DNA of 64,000 nt from an uncultured Muribaculum sp. (GCA_910578835.1 CAJTSK010000004.1:7067-71066); one strand, 5' to 3'. Numbered from the stretch's first letter, positions 9,442 to 19,740 are shown. Made by a program: numbers and translations. Notes: generated by a model from the letters alone, not told the origin.

Positions 9442-9479
9442 ATTTTTTTCTTATTTTTGAAGCTACAAATTTATAAACA

Positions 9480-10739
9480 ATGAAAAGGATAACCGCAATT
9501 CTTTCAATAATAATTTCCGCCAATGCTCTTTTTGGCGCGATTCCAGGCTCTGTGTTGTACAATTCGACCCAATGTGAAGGCAGCGCGATGCCCTATCCCA
9601 TCCCTCAAGAATCAGTGAGTTATCCCGACTCCCTCACCCCTGTCATGATTAACCACGTAGGGCGTCACGGAGCACGCTATCCGGCTTCGGCTGCACGACC
9701 GCTCGCCATAAAGCGTGCGCTCCAACATGCCGACTCGCTCGGCACAATAACCCCGCTCGGAAAAGAGCTGTTGACCGTGACTGAAAACGTAATTGAGCGC
9801 AGTAATGGCAAATGGGGTGCGCTCGACTCCCTCGGCATAGCCGAACAACGTGGCATAGCGTCAAGAATGTTTGCCAACTATCCCAACCTGTTTGCCAACG
9901 GAAAAGTCACGGCTCTCTCATCTTATGCCCCACGCTGCATCATGAGTATGTACTCATTCACCCATCAGCTGGCGCGCATGAACAACCGTCTTGAAATATT
10001 CACCTCTTCGGGTCGGCAAAACTCTCCGCTTATGCGACCCTTTGACCTTGACCAGGACTATATCGATTATCGCGAAGACAAGCCATATGATGACGCGCTC
10101 AAAGCATATATTGCCGAAACTGCACCGACAGCCCCGATTAAACGCGTGCTCGGCGACGACTACCCGCTTAATGAAGAGCAGATGCGCGACCTCGCCATAA
10201 CTGAATACGGACTTCTTGCCGGACTGAGTGCCATGGGATATAATGTCGACGTGATGCGTTTTTTGACCATAGAGGAGTATAACAGTCTATGGTCATGCAA
10301 CAACCTGAAACAATATCTGGAGCGCACCGCCAACACGATTTCTACCGTTCCCGCCGACATCACCGCCGACTTGCTGATGAATCTCATCACCACCACCGAT
10401 GAAGTCGCCGAACGTCGAAGTGACATGCGTGTACAACTGCGCTTCGGTCATGCTGAGACACTCATGCCGTTACTATCGCTCATGCATCTTGACGGATGCT
10501 ATTACATGACCAACTATTTTGATACCGTGTCATCTCACTGGCATAACTTTTATGTCGTACCCATGGCGTCTAATCTCCAGTTGATACTCTTCCGCGCCAA
10601 AAGCGGAAAACTATATCTGAGAGTCGACCTTAATGAAGTACCTGTGCCGTTGATTCCGGGCAACGACTCCATTTACCTGCCGTGGCAAAGCGCCCGACAG
10701 TATCTCAAACGCTGCTTGCCGCTCCATATGCAGATTTGA
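9480..10739 (+). CDS. Histidine acid phosphatase, MINPP-type phytase
   Basis: RHGARYP catalytic motif, GHAET proton-donor motif, signal peptide. Confidence 0.85.
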   Translation: MKRITAILSIIISANALFGAIPGSVLYNSTQCEGSAMPYPIPQESVSYPDSLTPVMINHVGRHGARYPASAARPLAIKRALQHADSLGTITPLGKELLTVTENVIERSNGKWGALDSLGIAEQRGIASRMFANYPNLFANGKVTALSSYAPRCIMSMYSFTHQLARMNNRLEIFTSSGRQNSPLMRPFDLDQDYIDYREDKPYDDALKAYIAETAPTAPIKRVLGDDYPLNEEQMRDLAITEYGLLAGLSAMGYNVDVMRFLTIEEYNSLWSCNNLKQYLERTANTISTVPADITADLLMNLITTTDEVAERRSDMRVQLRFGHAETLMPLLSLMHLDGCYYMTNYFDTVSSHWHNFYVVPMASNLQLILFRAKSGKLYLRVDLNEVPVPLIPGNDSIYLPWQSARQYLKRCLPLHMQI

Positions 10740-10762
10740 AGCGCATTGCGTTAATATAATAA

Positions 10763-11110
10763 GAGCTTGTTTAATAATAAATGTTGCTGTCAGGGTCGTA
10801 TAGCTTGAGGCGATTTTCAACATGTGACGAAGGAGTGTACTTTATGTACACGACTGAGGAACAGGCTGAAAAGCGACCAAGATATACGAGACTAAAGGTA
10901 ACTTTATAATCACTCAACCTCTTGATGACCTTTGAAACAAATGTAAAAATATGTCAACGATATGAAACAAATTACCTCCCGTCGGTCATTCGCCGGCATC
11001 TTTCCGCCTGCTCTTCGGTCGTTATGGAATCCCATAACTCCCTCATCACAAACAAAAATCTGCTCGACGAATGACCGCCCTGACAGTAACATTTATTATT
11101 AAACAAGCTC
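10763..11110 (-). mobile_element. 348-bp MITE-like element, copy 2 (inverted)
   Basis: Reverse complement of 4744-5091 with about 2 differences seen by eye; TAA on both flanks (10760-10762, 11111-11113). Confidence 0.9.
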
Positions 11111-11111
11111 T

Positions 11112-11150
11112 AAAAAAGGAGTCCGGATCACTGACAACAGCAATCCGGAC
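11112..11150 (-). terminator. Intrinsic terminator after rubrerythrin
   Basis: GTCCGGAT...ATCCGGAC stem followed by a T run on the minus strand. Confidence 0.65.
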
Positions 11151-11179
11151 CGAATCATATATATTCCAACAAAACAGAT

Positions 11180-11761
11180 TTAATAATTATTCTTCTTACG
11201 CTCGAAGTAGCCCTGCTCCTTGCCACATACGGGACACTTGCCGGGAGCCGACTTGCCACGGTGGATATAGCCGCAATAACGACACTGCCACTCTTCTTCC
11301 TCTTCATCCTTAAACATGGTGTCACTTTGCAAGCGCTCCAAAAGCTTAAGATAGCGAGCCTCATGTCCCTGCTCTACAGCGGCGACAAGTTTGAAATGTG
11401 AGGCGATACGGGGGAAGCCTTCTTCTTGTGCTACACGTGCAAACTCAAGATAAAGGTCAGCCCATTCTTCATGTTCACCAGCAGCTGCCTCCTGAAGATT
11501 ACGCATGGTATCTCCTATCGGACCGGCAGGATAAGACGCTGTGATTTCAAGCATACCCTCATCAAGGTAGCTGAAAAAACTCTTGGCATGTACATATTCC
11601 TGTTCAGCTGTTTCAAGGAAGATGGCAGCAATCTGTTCGTAACCCTCATTCTTTGCAACTTCAGCAAATATTGTATAACGACCGCGAGCCTGCGATTCAC
11701 CCGCAAATGATTTCAGAAGATTCTTTTCTGTCTGAGTTCCCTTTATGCTTTTTTCATCCAT
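11180..11761 (-). CDS. rbr: Rubrerythrin
   Basis: TEKNLLKSFAGESQAR, ExxH diiron motifs, C-terminal CRYCG...CPVC. Confidence 0.95.
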   Translation of the reverse strand: MDEKSIKGTQTEKNLLKSFAGESQARGRYTIFAEVAKNEGYEQIAAIFLETAEQEYVHAKSFFSYLDEGMLEITASYPAGPIGDTMRNLQEAAAGEHEEWADLYLEFARVAQEEGFPRIASHFKLVAAVEQGHEARYLKLLERLQSDTMFKDEEEEEWQCRYCGYIHRGKSAPGKCPVCGKEQGYFERKKNNY

Positions 11762-11863
11762 AAGTTAATGTTTAATGTAATTATACACTTTTAACGCAAT
11801 AAGGGGTTGAAAGGTTCAAAGATGGCACAAAATGAAAAATATTTAAACTTTTCTGCTCGAAAA

Positions 11864-11894
11864 TTTGTATTATCAACAAAACTACGTATATTTG
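11864..11894 (+). promoter_or_regulatory. trp operon promoter
   Basis: TTTG 11864-11867, 19-nt spacer, TATATTTG 11887-11894. Confidence 0.75.
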
Positions 11895-11919
11895 CAACGA
11901 AAAGAAAGTTACAAAATAA

Positions 11920-11997
11920 ATGAATATCTCAATTATCCATATTTCTATTTGGTGGCACATCGGTAACAACTATCGATGGCAATCATATTTTGGATAA
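11920..11997 (+). CDS. trpL: trp leader peptide, 25 aa (MNISIIHISIWWHIGNNYRWQSYFG)
   Basis: Short ORF with tandem TGG TGG between the promoter and the attenuator hairpin; too short for the ORF track. Confidence 0.85.
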   Translation: MNISIIHISIWWHIGNNYRWQSYFG

Positions 11998-12034
11998 TAT
12001 GAACTAAGAAAATTCTATCTTACTAATTATTATT

Positions 12035-12077
12035 TAGTGCCATCGAAATATAATTTCGGTGGCACTATCTTTTTATT
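12035..12077 (+). terminator. trp attenuator terminator
   Basis: TAGTGCCATCGAAAT-ata-ATTTCGGTGGCACTA followed by TCTTTTTATT; its 5' arm is complementary to leader TCGATGGCA 11973-11981. Confidence 0.85.
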
Positions 12078-12092
12078 ACATTTACCTATCTC

Positions 12093-13307
12093 ATGACACA
12101 GACATTCCGTCGCGTCCTTCCGGTTGATGATGCCGGCTATTACGGCAAATTTGGAGGCGCATACATACCCGAAATTCTCAATCGCAGTGTCGAACAGCTG
12201 AGAGATGCCTTTTACAGATATGCCTCCGACAGCGACTTCAACCTTCAGTACCGCCAATTGTTGCGCGACTATGTAGGTCGTCCCTCACCACTCTATCGGG
12301 CAACACGACTGAGCGAAACCTACGGCACTAACATTTATCTGAAACGCGAGGACCTGAATCATACAGGAGCCCACAAAATCAACAATGCCATAGGCTCCGT
12401 GCTGTTGGCTAAGCGCATGGGCAAGACCCGTATCATCGCCGAGACAGGCGCCGGACAACACGGCGTTGCGACAGCCACAGTATGTGCGTTGATGAATCTT
12501 GAATGCACCGTATATATGGGAGCCACAGATATCGCCCGCCAACAGCCCAATGTGCAGCGCATGGAGATGCTCGGGGCAAAAGTAGTAGCCGTCCACTCAG
12601 GCAACAAGACACTCAAAGATGCCACTAACGAGGCGATACGCGACTGGTGCTGTCATCCCGACAGTTTCTATGTAATCGGCAGCACGGTCGGGCCGCATCC
12701 CTATCCGGAGATGGTGGCATACTTCCAGTCAGTAATCAGCGAGGAAATCAAAAAGCAGCTCATAGTGATGGAAGGGAGGGAAAATCCCGATTACGTGATT
12801 GCCTGCATAGGAGGCGGAAGCAACGCGGCAGGAGCATTTTACCATTTTATCGACAATAAGGATGTCAGGCTCATTGCGGCAGAGGCTGCTGGGAAAGGCG
12901 CCGACACCGACATGACCGCAGCTACAATGTGTGCTGGAAAGGAGGGCATAATCCACGGAGCGCGTACAATGGTGATGCAGACACCCGACGGACAGATTAT
13001 CGAGCCATATTCAATTTCGGCGGGACTCGATTATCCGGGCATCGGTCCGCTTCACGCCTATCTCGCCACATCCGGCAGAAGCGAGGTGATACCGGTCACC
13101 GACGATGAAGCTCTCAATGCCGCTTTCAATCTTACCCACACCGAAGGTATAATCCCCGCGCTTGAATCGGCTCATGCCCTCGGGGTGCTCGATAAGAAAA
13201 AGTTTGCGCCCGACGACATCGTGGTTGTCAACCTCTCGGGCAGAGGCGACAAGGACATGCACACCTACATGTCGTGTATCAACAACGGTTTTTCCACCAC
13301 AAATTAA
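12093..13307 (+). CDS. trpB: Tryptophan synthase beta chain
   Basis: KREDLNHTGAHKINN, AETGAGQHG, SISAGLDYPG, NLSGRGDKD. Confidence 0.98.
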   Translation: MTQTFRRVLPVDDAGYYGKFGGAYIPEILNRSVEQLRDAFYRYASDSDFNLQYRQLLRDYVGRPSPLYRATRLSETYGTNIYLKREDLNHTGAHKINNAIGSVLLAKRMGKTRIIAETGAGQHGVATATVCALMNLECTVYMGATDIARQQPNVQRMEMLGAKVVAVHSGNKTLKDATNEAIRDWCCHPDSFYVIGSTVGPHPYPEMVAYFQSVISEEIKKQLIVMEGRENPDYVIACIGGGSNAAGAFYHFIDNKDVRLIAAEAAGKGADTDMTAATMCAGKEGIIHGARTMVMQTPDGQIIEPYSISAGLDYPGIGPLHAYLATSGRSEVIPVTDDEALNAAFNLTHTEGIIPALESAHALGVLDKKKFAPDDIVVVNLSGRGDKDMHTYMSCINNGFSTTN

Positions 13308-13314
13308 TCACATC

Positions 13315-14721
13315 ATGACACAAAATCTCGAAATAATATCGCGTATAGTCGCTGCCGACCTCGAAACCCCTGTAGGTCTATATCTCAAGATACGCGACCT
13401 GTATCCGGAGTCGGCTCTTCTTGAAAGTTCCGACTACCACACTTCCCAAAATTCAGTAAGCTATATCGGCGTGCATCCCATAGCATCATTTACCGTAAAC
13501 GCAGACATTACTGTCGCTAAATATCCGGGTGGCAACACTGTAACCTTGCCGGTAACCTGCAAGAGCCAGGTTATGCAACGCCTGAAAGAGTATATCGGGT
13601 CGTTCAATCTTACCGGCGAACCGCTCAATGATGCCAACGGCTTTTTCGGCTACACCGCCTACGACTGCGTACGCTACTTTGACAAGGTTGACATCACCAA
13701 GCCCGACAAGGAACTCCACACAATCCCCGACATGAAGTACGTGTTGTACAAATTTGTAATTTGCGTCAATCATTTCAAAAATCAGATGGCAGTCTACGAG
13801 CATCTGATACCGGGAGAAGCGTCGTGTATCGACGAGCTGTTGAGCATAATCCGTAATAACAATGTGGCGCAATACCCGTTTCAAACCGTCGGGGATGCAA
13901 CCTCGTCAATCACCGACGACCAATATATTGCCATGGTGAAAAAGGGAATCAGCCATGCCATGCGCGGCGACGTGTTCCAGATAGTGCTTTCACGCAGGTT
14001 TCGACAAGCGTTTAAAGGCGATGAGTTTAATGTGTACAGGGCTTTGCGATGCGTCAATCCGTCGCCTTACCTGTTTTACTTCGACTTTGGCGATTTCAGG
14101 ATATTCGGCTCATCACCGGAGACTCACTTGCGAGTAGAGGGAAACCATGCCTACATCGACCCGATAGCCGGAACATTCCGCCGCACAGGAGATGACCGGC
14201 ATGACCGCGAGCTTGCACAGGCTCTTCTTGCCGACACCAAGGAAAATGCCGAGCATATAATGCTCGTGGATCTCGCGCGAAATGACCTCTCGCGCAGTGG
14301 CGGAGAAGTTGGCATCGAATTTCTGAAACAGATACAATATTACTCTCATGTAATACATATGGTATCGCGCGTAAGCGCCACTTTGCCTGAAGATGCCGAC
14401 GTGTACAGCCTCTATGCGGCAACATTTCCCGCCGGCACTTTAAGCGGAGCGCCAAAGGTAAGGGCGATGCAGCTCATTGATGAAATCGAGCCTCACAACC
14501 GTCTCATCTACGGAGGGTGCATCGGTTTTATCGGATTTAACGGCAATATCAACCATGCGATAACCATACGCAGCTTCCTAAGCCACGGCGGCAATCTCTA
14601 CTCACAGGCGGGCGCGGGCATCGTGGCACACTCTGTACCGGAAAATGAATTGCAGGAAACCAATAACAAACTCGGCGCTCTTGTAAACGCGGTGAAATAT
14701 GCCGAAACTTTCGGACACTAA
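13315..14721 (+). CDS. trpE: Anthranilate synthase component I
   Basis: GDVFQIVLSRR, NPSPYLFY, PIAGT, KENAEHIMLVDLARND, FPAGTLSGAPK; start moved to ATG 13315. Confidence 0.95.
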   Translation: MTQNLEIISRIVAADLETPVGLYLKIRDLYPESALLESSDYHTSQNSVSYIGVHPIASFTVNADITVAKYPGGNTVTLPVTCKSQVMQRLKEYIGSFNLTGEPLNDANGFFGYTAYDCVRYFDKVDITKPDKELHTIPDMKYVLYKFVICVNHFKNQMAVYEHLIPGEASCIDELLSIIRNNNVAQYPFQTVGDATSSITDDQYIAMVKKGISHAMRGDVFQIVLSRRFRQAFKGDEFNVYRALRCVNPSPYLFYFDFGDFRIFGSSPETHLRVEGNHAYIDPIAGTFRRTGDDRHDRELAQALLADTKENAEHIMLVDLARNDLSRSGGEVGIEFLKQIQYYSHVIHMVSRVSATLPEDADVYSLYAATFPAGTLSGAPKVRAMQLIDEIEPHNRLIYGGCIGFIGFNGNINHAITIRSFLSHGGNLYSQAGAGIVAHSVPENELQETNNKLGALVNAVKYAETFGH

Positions 14722-14737
14722 AAAAACTGACTACACT

Positions 14738-15301
14738 ATGAAACTCCTGATATTTGACAACTACGACTCTTTCACTTACAATATAGTCCATGCGGTACGC
14801 CAACTCGGATTCACCCCCGACATATTCCGCAACGATGAAATAACACTTGACCAAGTGAAGACCTACGACAAAATCATAATATCCCCCGGTCCCGGCGTAC
14901 CCTCGGAAGCGGGCATACTCCCCCAATTGCTGAAACACTATGTTGAGAGCAAATCAATACTCGGGATATGTCTCGGCGAACAGGCAATAGGCGAATGTTT
15001 CGGTGCCAGGCTGCGAAATCTCGCCTCCGTGTACCACGGCATACAGTCAACCATTACAATCTCTGCCGATGATTACATATTTGACGGCTTGTCACGACGC
15101 ATCGATGTGGGAAGATACCATTCCTGGGTGGTCGACAAGGCGTCACTACCCGACTGCCTTGAAGTGACGGCAATGAGCGACGACGGGGAAATCATGGCTC
15201 TGCGTCACAAGGACTTAGATGTAAGAGGGGTGCAGTTTCATCCTGAATCAATCCTTACCCCCGATGGATTGACAATATTGTCTAACTGGTTAAAACATTG
15301 A
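14738..15301 (+). CDS. trpG: Anthranilate synthase component II
   Basis: DNYDSFTYN, SPGPG, GICLG, GRYHS, QFHPES. Confidence 0.95.
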   Translation: MKLLIFDNYDSFTYNIVHAVRQLGFTPDIFRNDEITLDQVKTYDKIIISPGPGVPSEAGILPQLLKHYVESKSILGICLGEQAIGECFGARLRNLASVYHGIQSTITISADDYIFDGLSRRIDVGRYHSWVVDKASLPDCLEVTAMSDDGEIMALRHKDLDVRGVQFHPESILTPDGLTILSNWLKH

Positions 15302-15303
15302 TA

Positions 15304-16299
15304 ATGAAACATATCCTACAAAAGATGTTTGAGCATAAAAGTCTGTCGCGTGAAGAATCACGTGAGATTTTGCTCAATATCGCCGATGCAAAATACAACG
15401 ACTCCCAGTTGTCGGCTTTCATGACGGTCTACCTTATGAGAAGCATAACCCTCGACGAGCTTAGCGGATTTCGCGACGCACTCCTTGAACGACGCCATCC
15501 GGTAAATCTCGGCAACGTGAAAGCAATCGACATTGTAGGGACAGGCGGCGACGGAAAAAACACATTCAACATATCAACTGCATCATGCTTTGTTGTAGCC
15601 GGTGCCGGTGAAAAAGTGGTGAAACATGGCAATTACGGTGCAAGCTCTATTTCCGGAGCCTCCAATGTCCTCGAACAACATGGCGTGAAATTCACCGCCG
15701 ACAGCGACCGTCTACGCAGGTCACTCGACGGGAGTGGCGTGGCTTATCTTCACGCCCCATTCTTCAGCCCGGCGTTAAAGAGTGTCGCAGCAGCGAGAAA
15801 GTCGCTTGGTGTACGCACATTTTTCAATATGCTCGGTCCACTTGTCAATCCTACCCTTCCTAAATACCGCCTCCTCGGGGTGTACAATCTCAAACTTATG
15901 AGGCTCTATAGATATATAGCCCAGGAAGAGGAAGTACAATGCACGGTGGTACACTCGCTCGACGGATATGACGAGGTATCGCTCACTTCACCATTCAAGG
16001 TGTCGCGCCAAGGCTCTGAGCAGCTTTACACGCCTGAGTCACTTGGATTTTCCTCAGCTCGTCAGGAAGAACTTTCGGGCGGCGACACACCTGCCGATGC
16101 AGCCGCAATATTTGACAATGTGCTTAATGGCAACGGCACAAGGGCGCAACATGACTGTGTGGTCGCCAACGCGGCGTTTGCCCTCACCACCCTCGACCCT
16201 GCACTTTCAATCACGGATGCAATCGCGCGTGCCGATGAATCGATAAGAAGTGGAAATGCCATGAAATGTTTCAGGCAATTTGTAGAACTCAACAGCTAA
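15304..16299 (+). CDS. trpD: Anthranilate phosphoribosyltransferase
   Basis: DIVGTGGDGKNTFNIST, KHGN, RTFFNMLGPLVNP. Confidence 0.96.
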   Translation: MKHILQKMFEHKSLSREESREILLNIADAKYNDSQLSAFMTVYLMRSITLDELSGFRDALLERRHPVNLGNVKAIDIVGTGGDGKNTFNISTASCFVVAGAGEKVVKHGNYGASSISGASNVLEQHGVKFTADSDRLRRSLDGSGVAYLHAPFFSPALKSVAAARKSLGVRTFFNMLGPLVNPTLPKYRLLGVYNLKLMRLYRYIAQEEEVQCTVVHSLDGYDEVSLTSPFKVSRQGSEQLYTPESLGFSSARQEELSGGDTPADAAAIFDNVLNGNGTRAQHDCVVANAAFALTTLDPALSITDAIARADESIRSGNAMKCFRQFVELNS

Positions 16300-16309
16300 T
16301 CACAGGATA

Positions 16310-17092
16310 ATGAACAATATACTACAACAAATCGTCGATAACAAGCGTCGCGAAATAGAGGCGCTGAATGCCCGTGGAGGCGACATTTTCACCGAACTCA
16401 ACCCTCGTTTGTTTCTGAACAGCCGTCCTTCCATGAGCCGCGCAATAAAGGAAAGCGCCACAGGCATAATCGCCGAGTTTAAGCGCCGCTCGCCGTCAAA
16501 AGGCGAGATACACCCCCTCGCTCTTGTAAACGACATCGTACCGGAGTACGCGTCGGCAGGAGCGGCAGCTTGCTCCGTGCTTACCGACACTGTGTATTTC
16601 GGCGGCTCATTAAGCGACCTTGCCCTTGCAAGCGGAGCAACCCGGCTCCCGCTGCTCCGCAAAGACTTTGTGATTGACCAACGCCAAATATATGAAGCAA
16701 AGATATTTGGTGCGTCGGCAGTACTTCTCATTGCGGCAATACTCTCATTTGACGAGATTGTACGGTTTACGTCGCTTGCCCATCGCCTCGGTCTTGAAGT
16801 GCTGCTTGAGCTACATTCAGTCGACGAGCTTGACCGTTTTTCTCCCGAAGTGGATATGGTCGGAGTCAACAACCGCGACCTCACATCATTTCACACTGAC
16901 ACGGCGACCTCACTCGACATGGTATCGCTACTCCCTTCCGACATTGTAAAAATTGCTGAAAGCGGCATATCTTCACCCGAAGAGATACGCCGGCTGCGTG
17001 ATGCCGGCTATGATGGCTTTCTTATCGGCGAGCGTTTCATGAGCCACCGGTCGCCCGGTGAGGCATTAAAACAGTTTATCAATGAAATCTGA
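16310..17092 (+). CDS. trpC: Indole-3-glycerol phosphate synthase
   Basis: IIAEFKRRSPSKG, LLRKDF, GVNNRDL, AESGI. Confidence 0.96.
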   Translation: MNNILQQIVDNKRREIEALNARGGDIFTELNPRLFLNSRPSMSRAIKESATGIIAEFKRRSPSKGEIHPLALVNDIVPEYASAGAAACSVLTDTVYFGGSLSDLALASGATRLPLLRKDFVIDQRQIYEAKIFGASAVLLIAAILSFDEIVRFTSLAHRLGLEVLLELHSVDELDRFSPEVDMVGVNNRDLTSFHTDTATSLDMVSLLPSDIVKIAESGISSPEEIRRLRDAGYDGFLIGERFMSHRSPGEALKQFINEI

Positions 17093-17792
17093 GGCAAAAT
17101 CCACCAAACCTCTCCATGCCGACATGATGATAAAAATATGCGGTATGCGGGACGAGAAAAACATAAGTGACGTTGCTGCGCTCACTCCTATGCTCATGGG
17201 GTTCATTTTCCACGAATTATCGCCGCGCGACGCCTCAAGTCTTAATCCGGAATCGGTGCAGTCATTGCCCCCGTATGTGCATCCTGTCGGCGTATTTGTA
17301 GACAAGACCGATGAGACCATAACAACTACATGCAACCGCTATGGCATACACATAGTGCAGTTACACGGCTCGGAATCTCCGGCACAGTGCAGCAGACTGA
17401 AAGAAAAGGGATTCACCATATTCAAGGCAATAGGAATTGAAAATAAAGCTGACCTGCACAATCTTGCCGCCTACGCCGGCTGCGTGGATATGTTTCTCTT
17501 CGACACCAAAAGTCCCTCCCACGGCGGCACAGGCAAAAAATTTGACTGGCAGCTGCTTGACAGCTACCAACTTGACACACCCTATCTTCTCAGCGGAGGA
17601 ATTGATGCCGGTGACATCGAAGCTATAATAAGAGCCATGCGCCCCGGAATGGCGGGTATCGATATCAACAGCCGATTTGAAACCTCTCCAGGCATAAAGG
17701 ACATCTCCAAACTTGTAAATTTCATTTTATCACTACGAAAATTCAACGAACATGAACCGGATACAACACCTTTTTGGGAGAAAAAAATCTGA
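17082..17792 (+). CDS. trpF: Phosphoribosylanthranilate isomerase
   Basis: IKICG, VQLHGSE, GGTGKKFDW, LSGGI, DINSRFE; alternative start 17124. Confidence 0.93.
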   Translation: MKSEAKSTKPLHADMMIKICGMRDEKNISDVAALTPMLMGFIFHELSPRDASSLNPESVQSLPPYVHPVGVFVDKTDETITTTCNRYGIHIVQLHGSESPAQCSRLKEKGFTIFKAIGIENKADLHNLAAYAGCVDMFLFDTKSPSHGGTGKKFDWQLLDSYQLDTPYLLSGGIDAGDIEAIIRAMRPGMAGIDINSRFETSPGIKDISKLVNFILSLRKFNEHEPDTTPFWEKKI

Positions 17793-18537
17793 CATACTCT
17801 CAATATATTTTACCGCAGGATTTCCTGCCCTTGACTCTACCACAGCCATCATAGACTCACTTGCCGACAATGGCATTGACATGATAGAAGTAGGCGTGCC
17901 CTTTTCCGACCCTATGGCTGATGGCGAGGTAATACAGCACAGCTCATCAGTAGCCCTGCGCAACGGCATGAATCTCAACCTGCTTCTGTCGCAAGTGGCG
18001 GAAGCACGTACCAGACAACCTGACATACCGTTGGTACTGATGGGCTACCTCAACCCGATGATGCAATATGGTATCGAACCTCTATTCAAGAAATGCAAGG
18101 ATGTAGGCATCGACGGCCTGATTATACCCGATCTCCCTTTCGCCGAATATATGAGAGACTACAAGCCACTGTGTGAGAAGTATGATATCCCCGTCATCAT
18201 GCTCATAACTCCTGAAACATCCGATGAACGCATAAGGCTTATCGATGATAATTGCAACGGATTTATATACATGGTATCGTCGGCGTCAACCACCGGCACA
18301 AAAGACAGGTTTAATGAGGAGCAGAAAGCATATTTCAGACATATCGCGGGACTCGGGTTGTCTCACCGGCGTCTCATAGGATTCGGCATATCCAATCCGG
18401 TAACATTTAACGATGCCTGCAGCCACTCGTCGGGAGCAATCATAGGGTCGTTTTTCATCAAGTGCCTTGAAGCGACATCAGGCGATGCGAAGGCAGCAGT
18501 ATCCCGACTTCTGTCCGCGATAGGCAAAGAAGCGTAA
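17752..18537 (+). CDS. trpA: Tryptophan synthase alpha chain
   Basis: IEVGVPFSDPMADGEVIQ, MGYLNP, IIPDLP, GFGIS. Confidence 0.97.
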   Translation: MNRIQHLFGRKKSDILSIYFTAGFPALDSTTAIIDSLADNGIDMIEVGVPFSDPMADGEVIQHSSSVALRNGMNLNLLLSQVAEARTRQPDIPLVLMGYLNPMMQYGIEPLFKKCKDVGIDGLIIPDLPFAEYMRDYKPLCEKYDIPVIMLITPETSDERIRLIDDNCNGFIYMVSSASTTGTKDRFNEEQKAYFRHIAGLGLSHRRLIGFGISNPVTFNDACSHSSGAIIGSFFIKCLEATSGDAKAAVSRLLSAIGKEA

Positions 18538-18541
18538 ACCT

Positions 18542-19168
18542 CTATATCAAGTCAAAAGCAATCCCGTGGCAAGAAAGAGTCGTCAAAGTCTTCGGCGAGG
18601 GATTGACAAGCAGGTTTTTACCGGTATTATAGCGCAACAGCGGCAGGTCATCGTGATGGTCGGTCATGACAACCGAGACTTGACCTCCGCATGAAGAGAG
18701 GTAATCACATACCGACGCTAATTTCGCCTCGCCTACATTTTCATGCCACGACTCATCGTCGGAAAAGAAACCCTGCGTCGCCACACATCCGTCAAAATGC
18801 ATTGCCGTGGCGATTGACCCGGCATATAGTTGCGGTGCCGCCGTGGCAAGCAATATCAGATATCCTCGGCTACGGTATCCCTCCAGTTCATTAAGCACCG
18901 ACGGATTAATCCGGTGCAACAACTTCTTGGTCAACTCCATGATGTCGTCATCAGTCATATACGGCTGCGTAAGGCAAAGTATGCGGCGTTTCATTTCAGA
19001 ATGTGGAATCCTACGCATCTTACGCGACACCGCGGCAGCCACAATCTTTGCTACCGCAATCGGCTTGAACCGCCACATCAAACGCTTTGCGGCAAAAAGT
19101 ATATACCGGGTGAAAGTATTGACATCCACCAGTGTACCGTCAAGGTCAACAACCACGACAGGTGTCAT
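18542..19168 (-). CDS. HAD-superfamily (IB-like) phosphatase
   Basis: VVDLDGTL motif I, LATAA motif II, K and TDHHDDLPLL motifs; ATG 19168 overlaps the upstream stop (ATGA). Confidence 0.85.
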   Translation of the reverse strand: MTPVVVVDLDGTLVDVNTFTRYILFAAKRLMWRFKPIAVAKIVAAAVSRKMRRIPHSEMKRRILCLTQPYMTDDDIMELTKKLLHRINPSVLNELEGYRSRGYLILLATAAPQLYAGSIATAMHFDGCVATQGFFSDDESWHENVGEAKLASVCDYLSSCGGQVSVVMTDHHDDLPLLRYNTGKNLLVNPSPKTLTTLSCHGIAFDLI

Positions 19169-19740
19169 TGTCTTGCATCCATTGACCATGGGAAACGTAC
19201 TAAAACATTATCATTATATAGCAAGAAATCAGGCATCATCACCGGCGCGGAAGTTGTAGACGTAATAGCCGCCGTAAACAGCCTTCCCGGTGTCAAGGCA
19301 GACAGAGTGTCGACCACAGCCCGCAAAGTGTAGCCCGAATCGACCGCATCATCGACTAAAAGTATCTTTGTCGACGGTTGCGCCATCAGTTCCCTGACAT
19401 CCTGAGAGATATCAATGGCGACCTCCCTTTCGGGATTGCCTGAACGGGCAAGCAAGCGCGCCTCCAATATCCTCAAAGCGTCGAGCAGAGCCACGGGAAG
19501 ATAACGCAAGAGCCGCTTCAACCCAAGTTTTCCTTTCTTCCCGGTCGAAGGACGACGCGAAGTTATATATCCGAGCCTTGCTTCGGGAAAATGACAGGCA
19601 ACAGCCTCGGCAACATATGCCCCGCCACTGCGGATACCTAATATTACATCAGGCTTCCCCATAGCTGCACCTGCTATCTCGGCAAGGTCTTTACACATAC
19701 CCGCGAACACTACCTGACCTGAAGCATCCAAAACCCTCAT
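19165..19740 (-). CDS. Type I phosphoribosyltransferase-fold protein
   Basis: ILLVDDAVDSGYTL PRPP loop, GIRSGG, FPWS. Confidence 0.85.
   Translation of the reverse strand: MRVLDASGQVVFAGMCKDLAEIAGAAMGKPDVILGIRSGGAYVAEAVACHFPEARLGYITSRRPSTGKKGKLGLKRLLRYLPVALLDALRILEARLLARSGNPEREVAIDISQDVRELMAQPSTKILLVDDAVDSGYTLRAVVDTLSALTPGRLFTAAITSTTSAPVMMPDFLLYNDNVLVRFPWSMDARQ

Noticed and set aside
17752..17792. 41-bp trpF/trpA overlap as a possible frameshift or fusion
   Set aside because: Both proteins are complete; a simple C-terminal run-on explains it.
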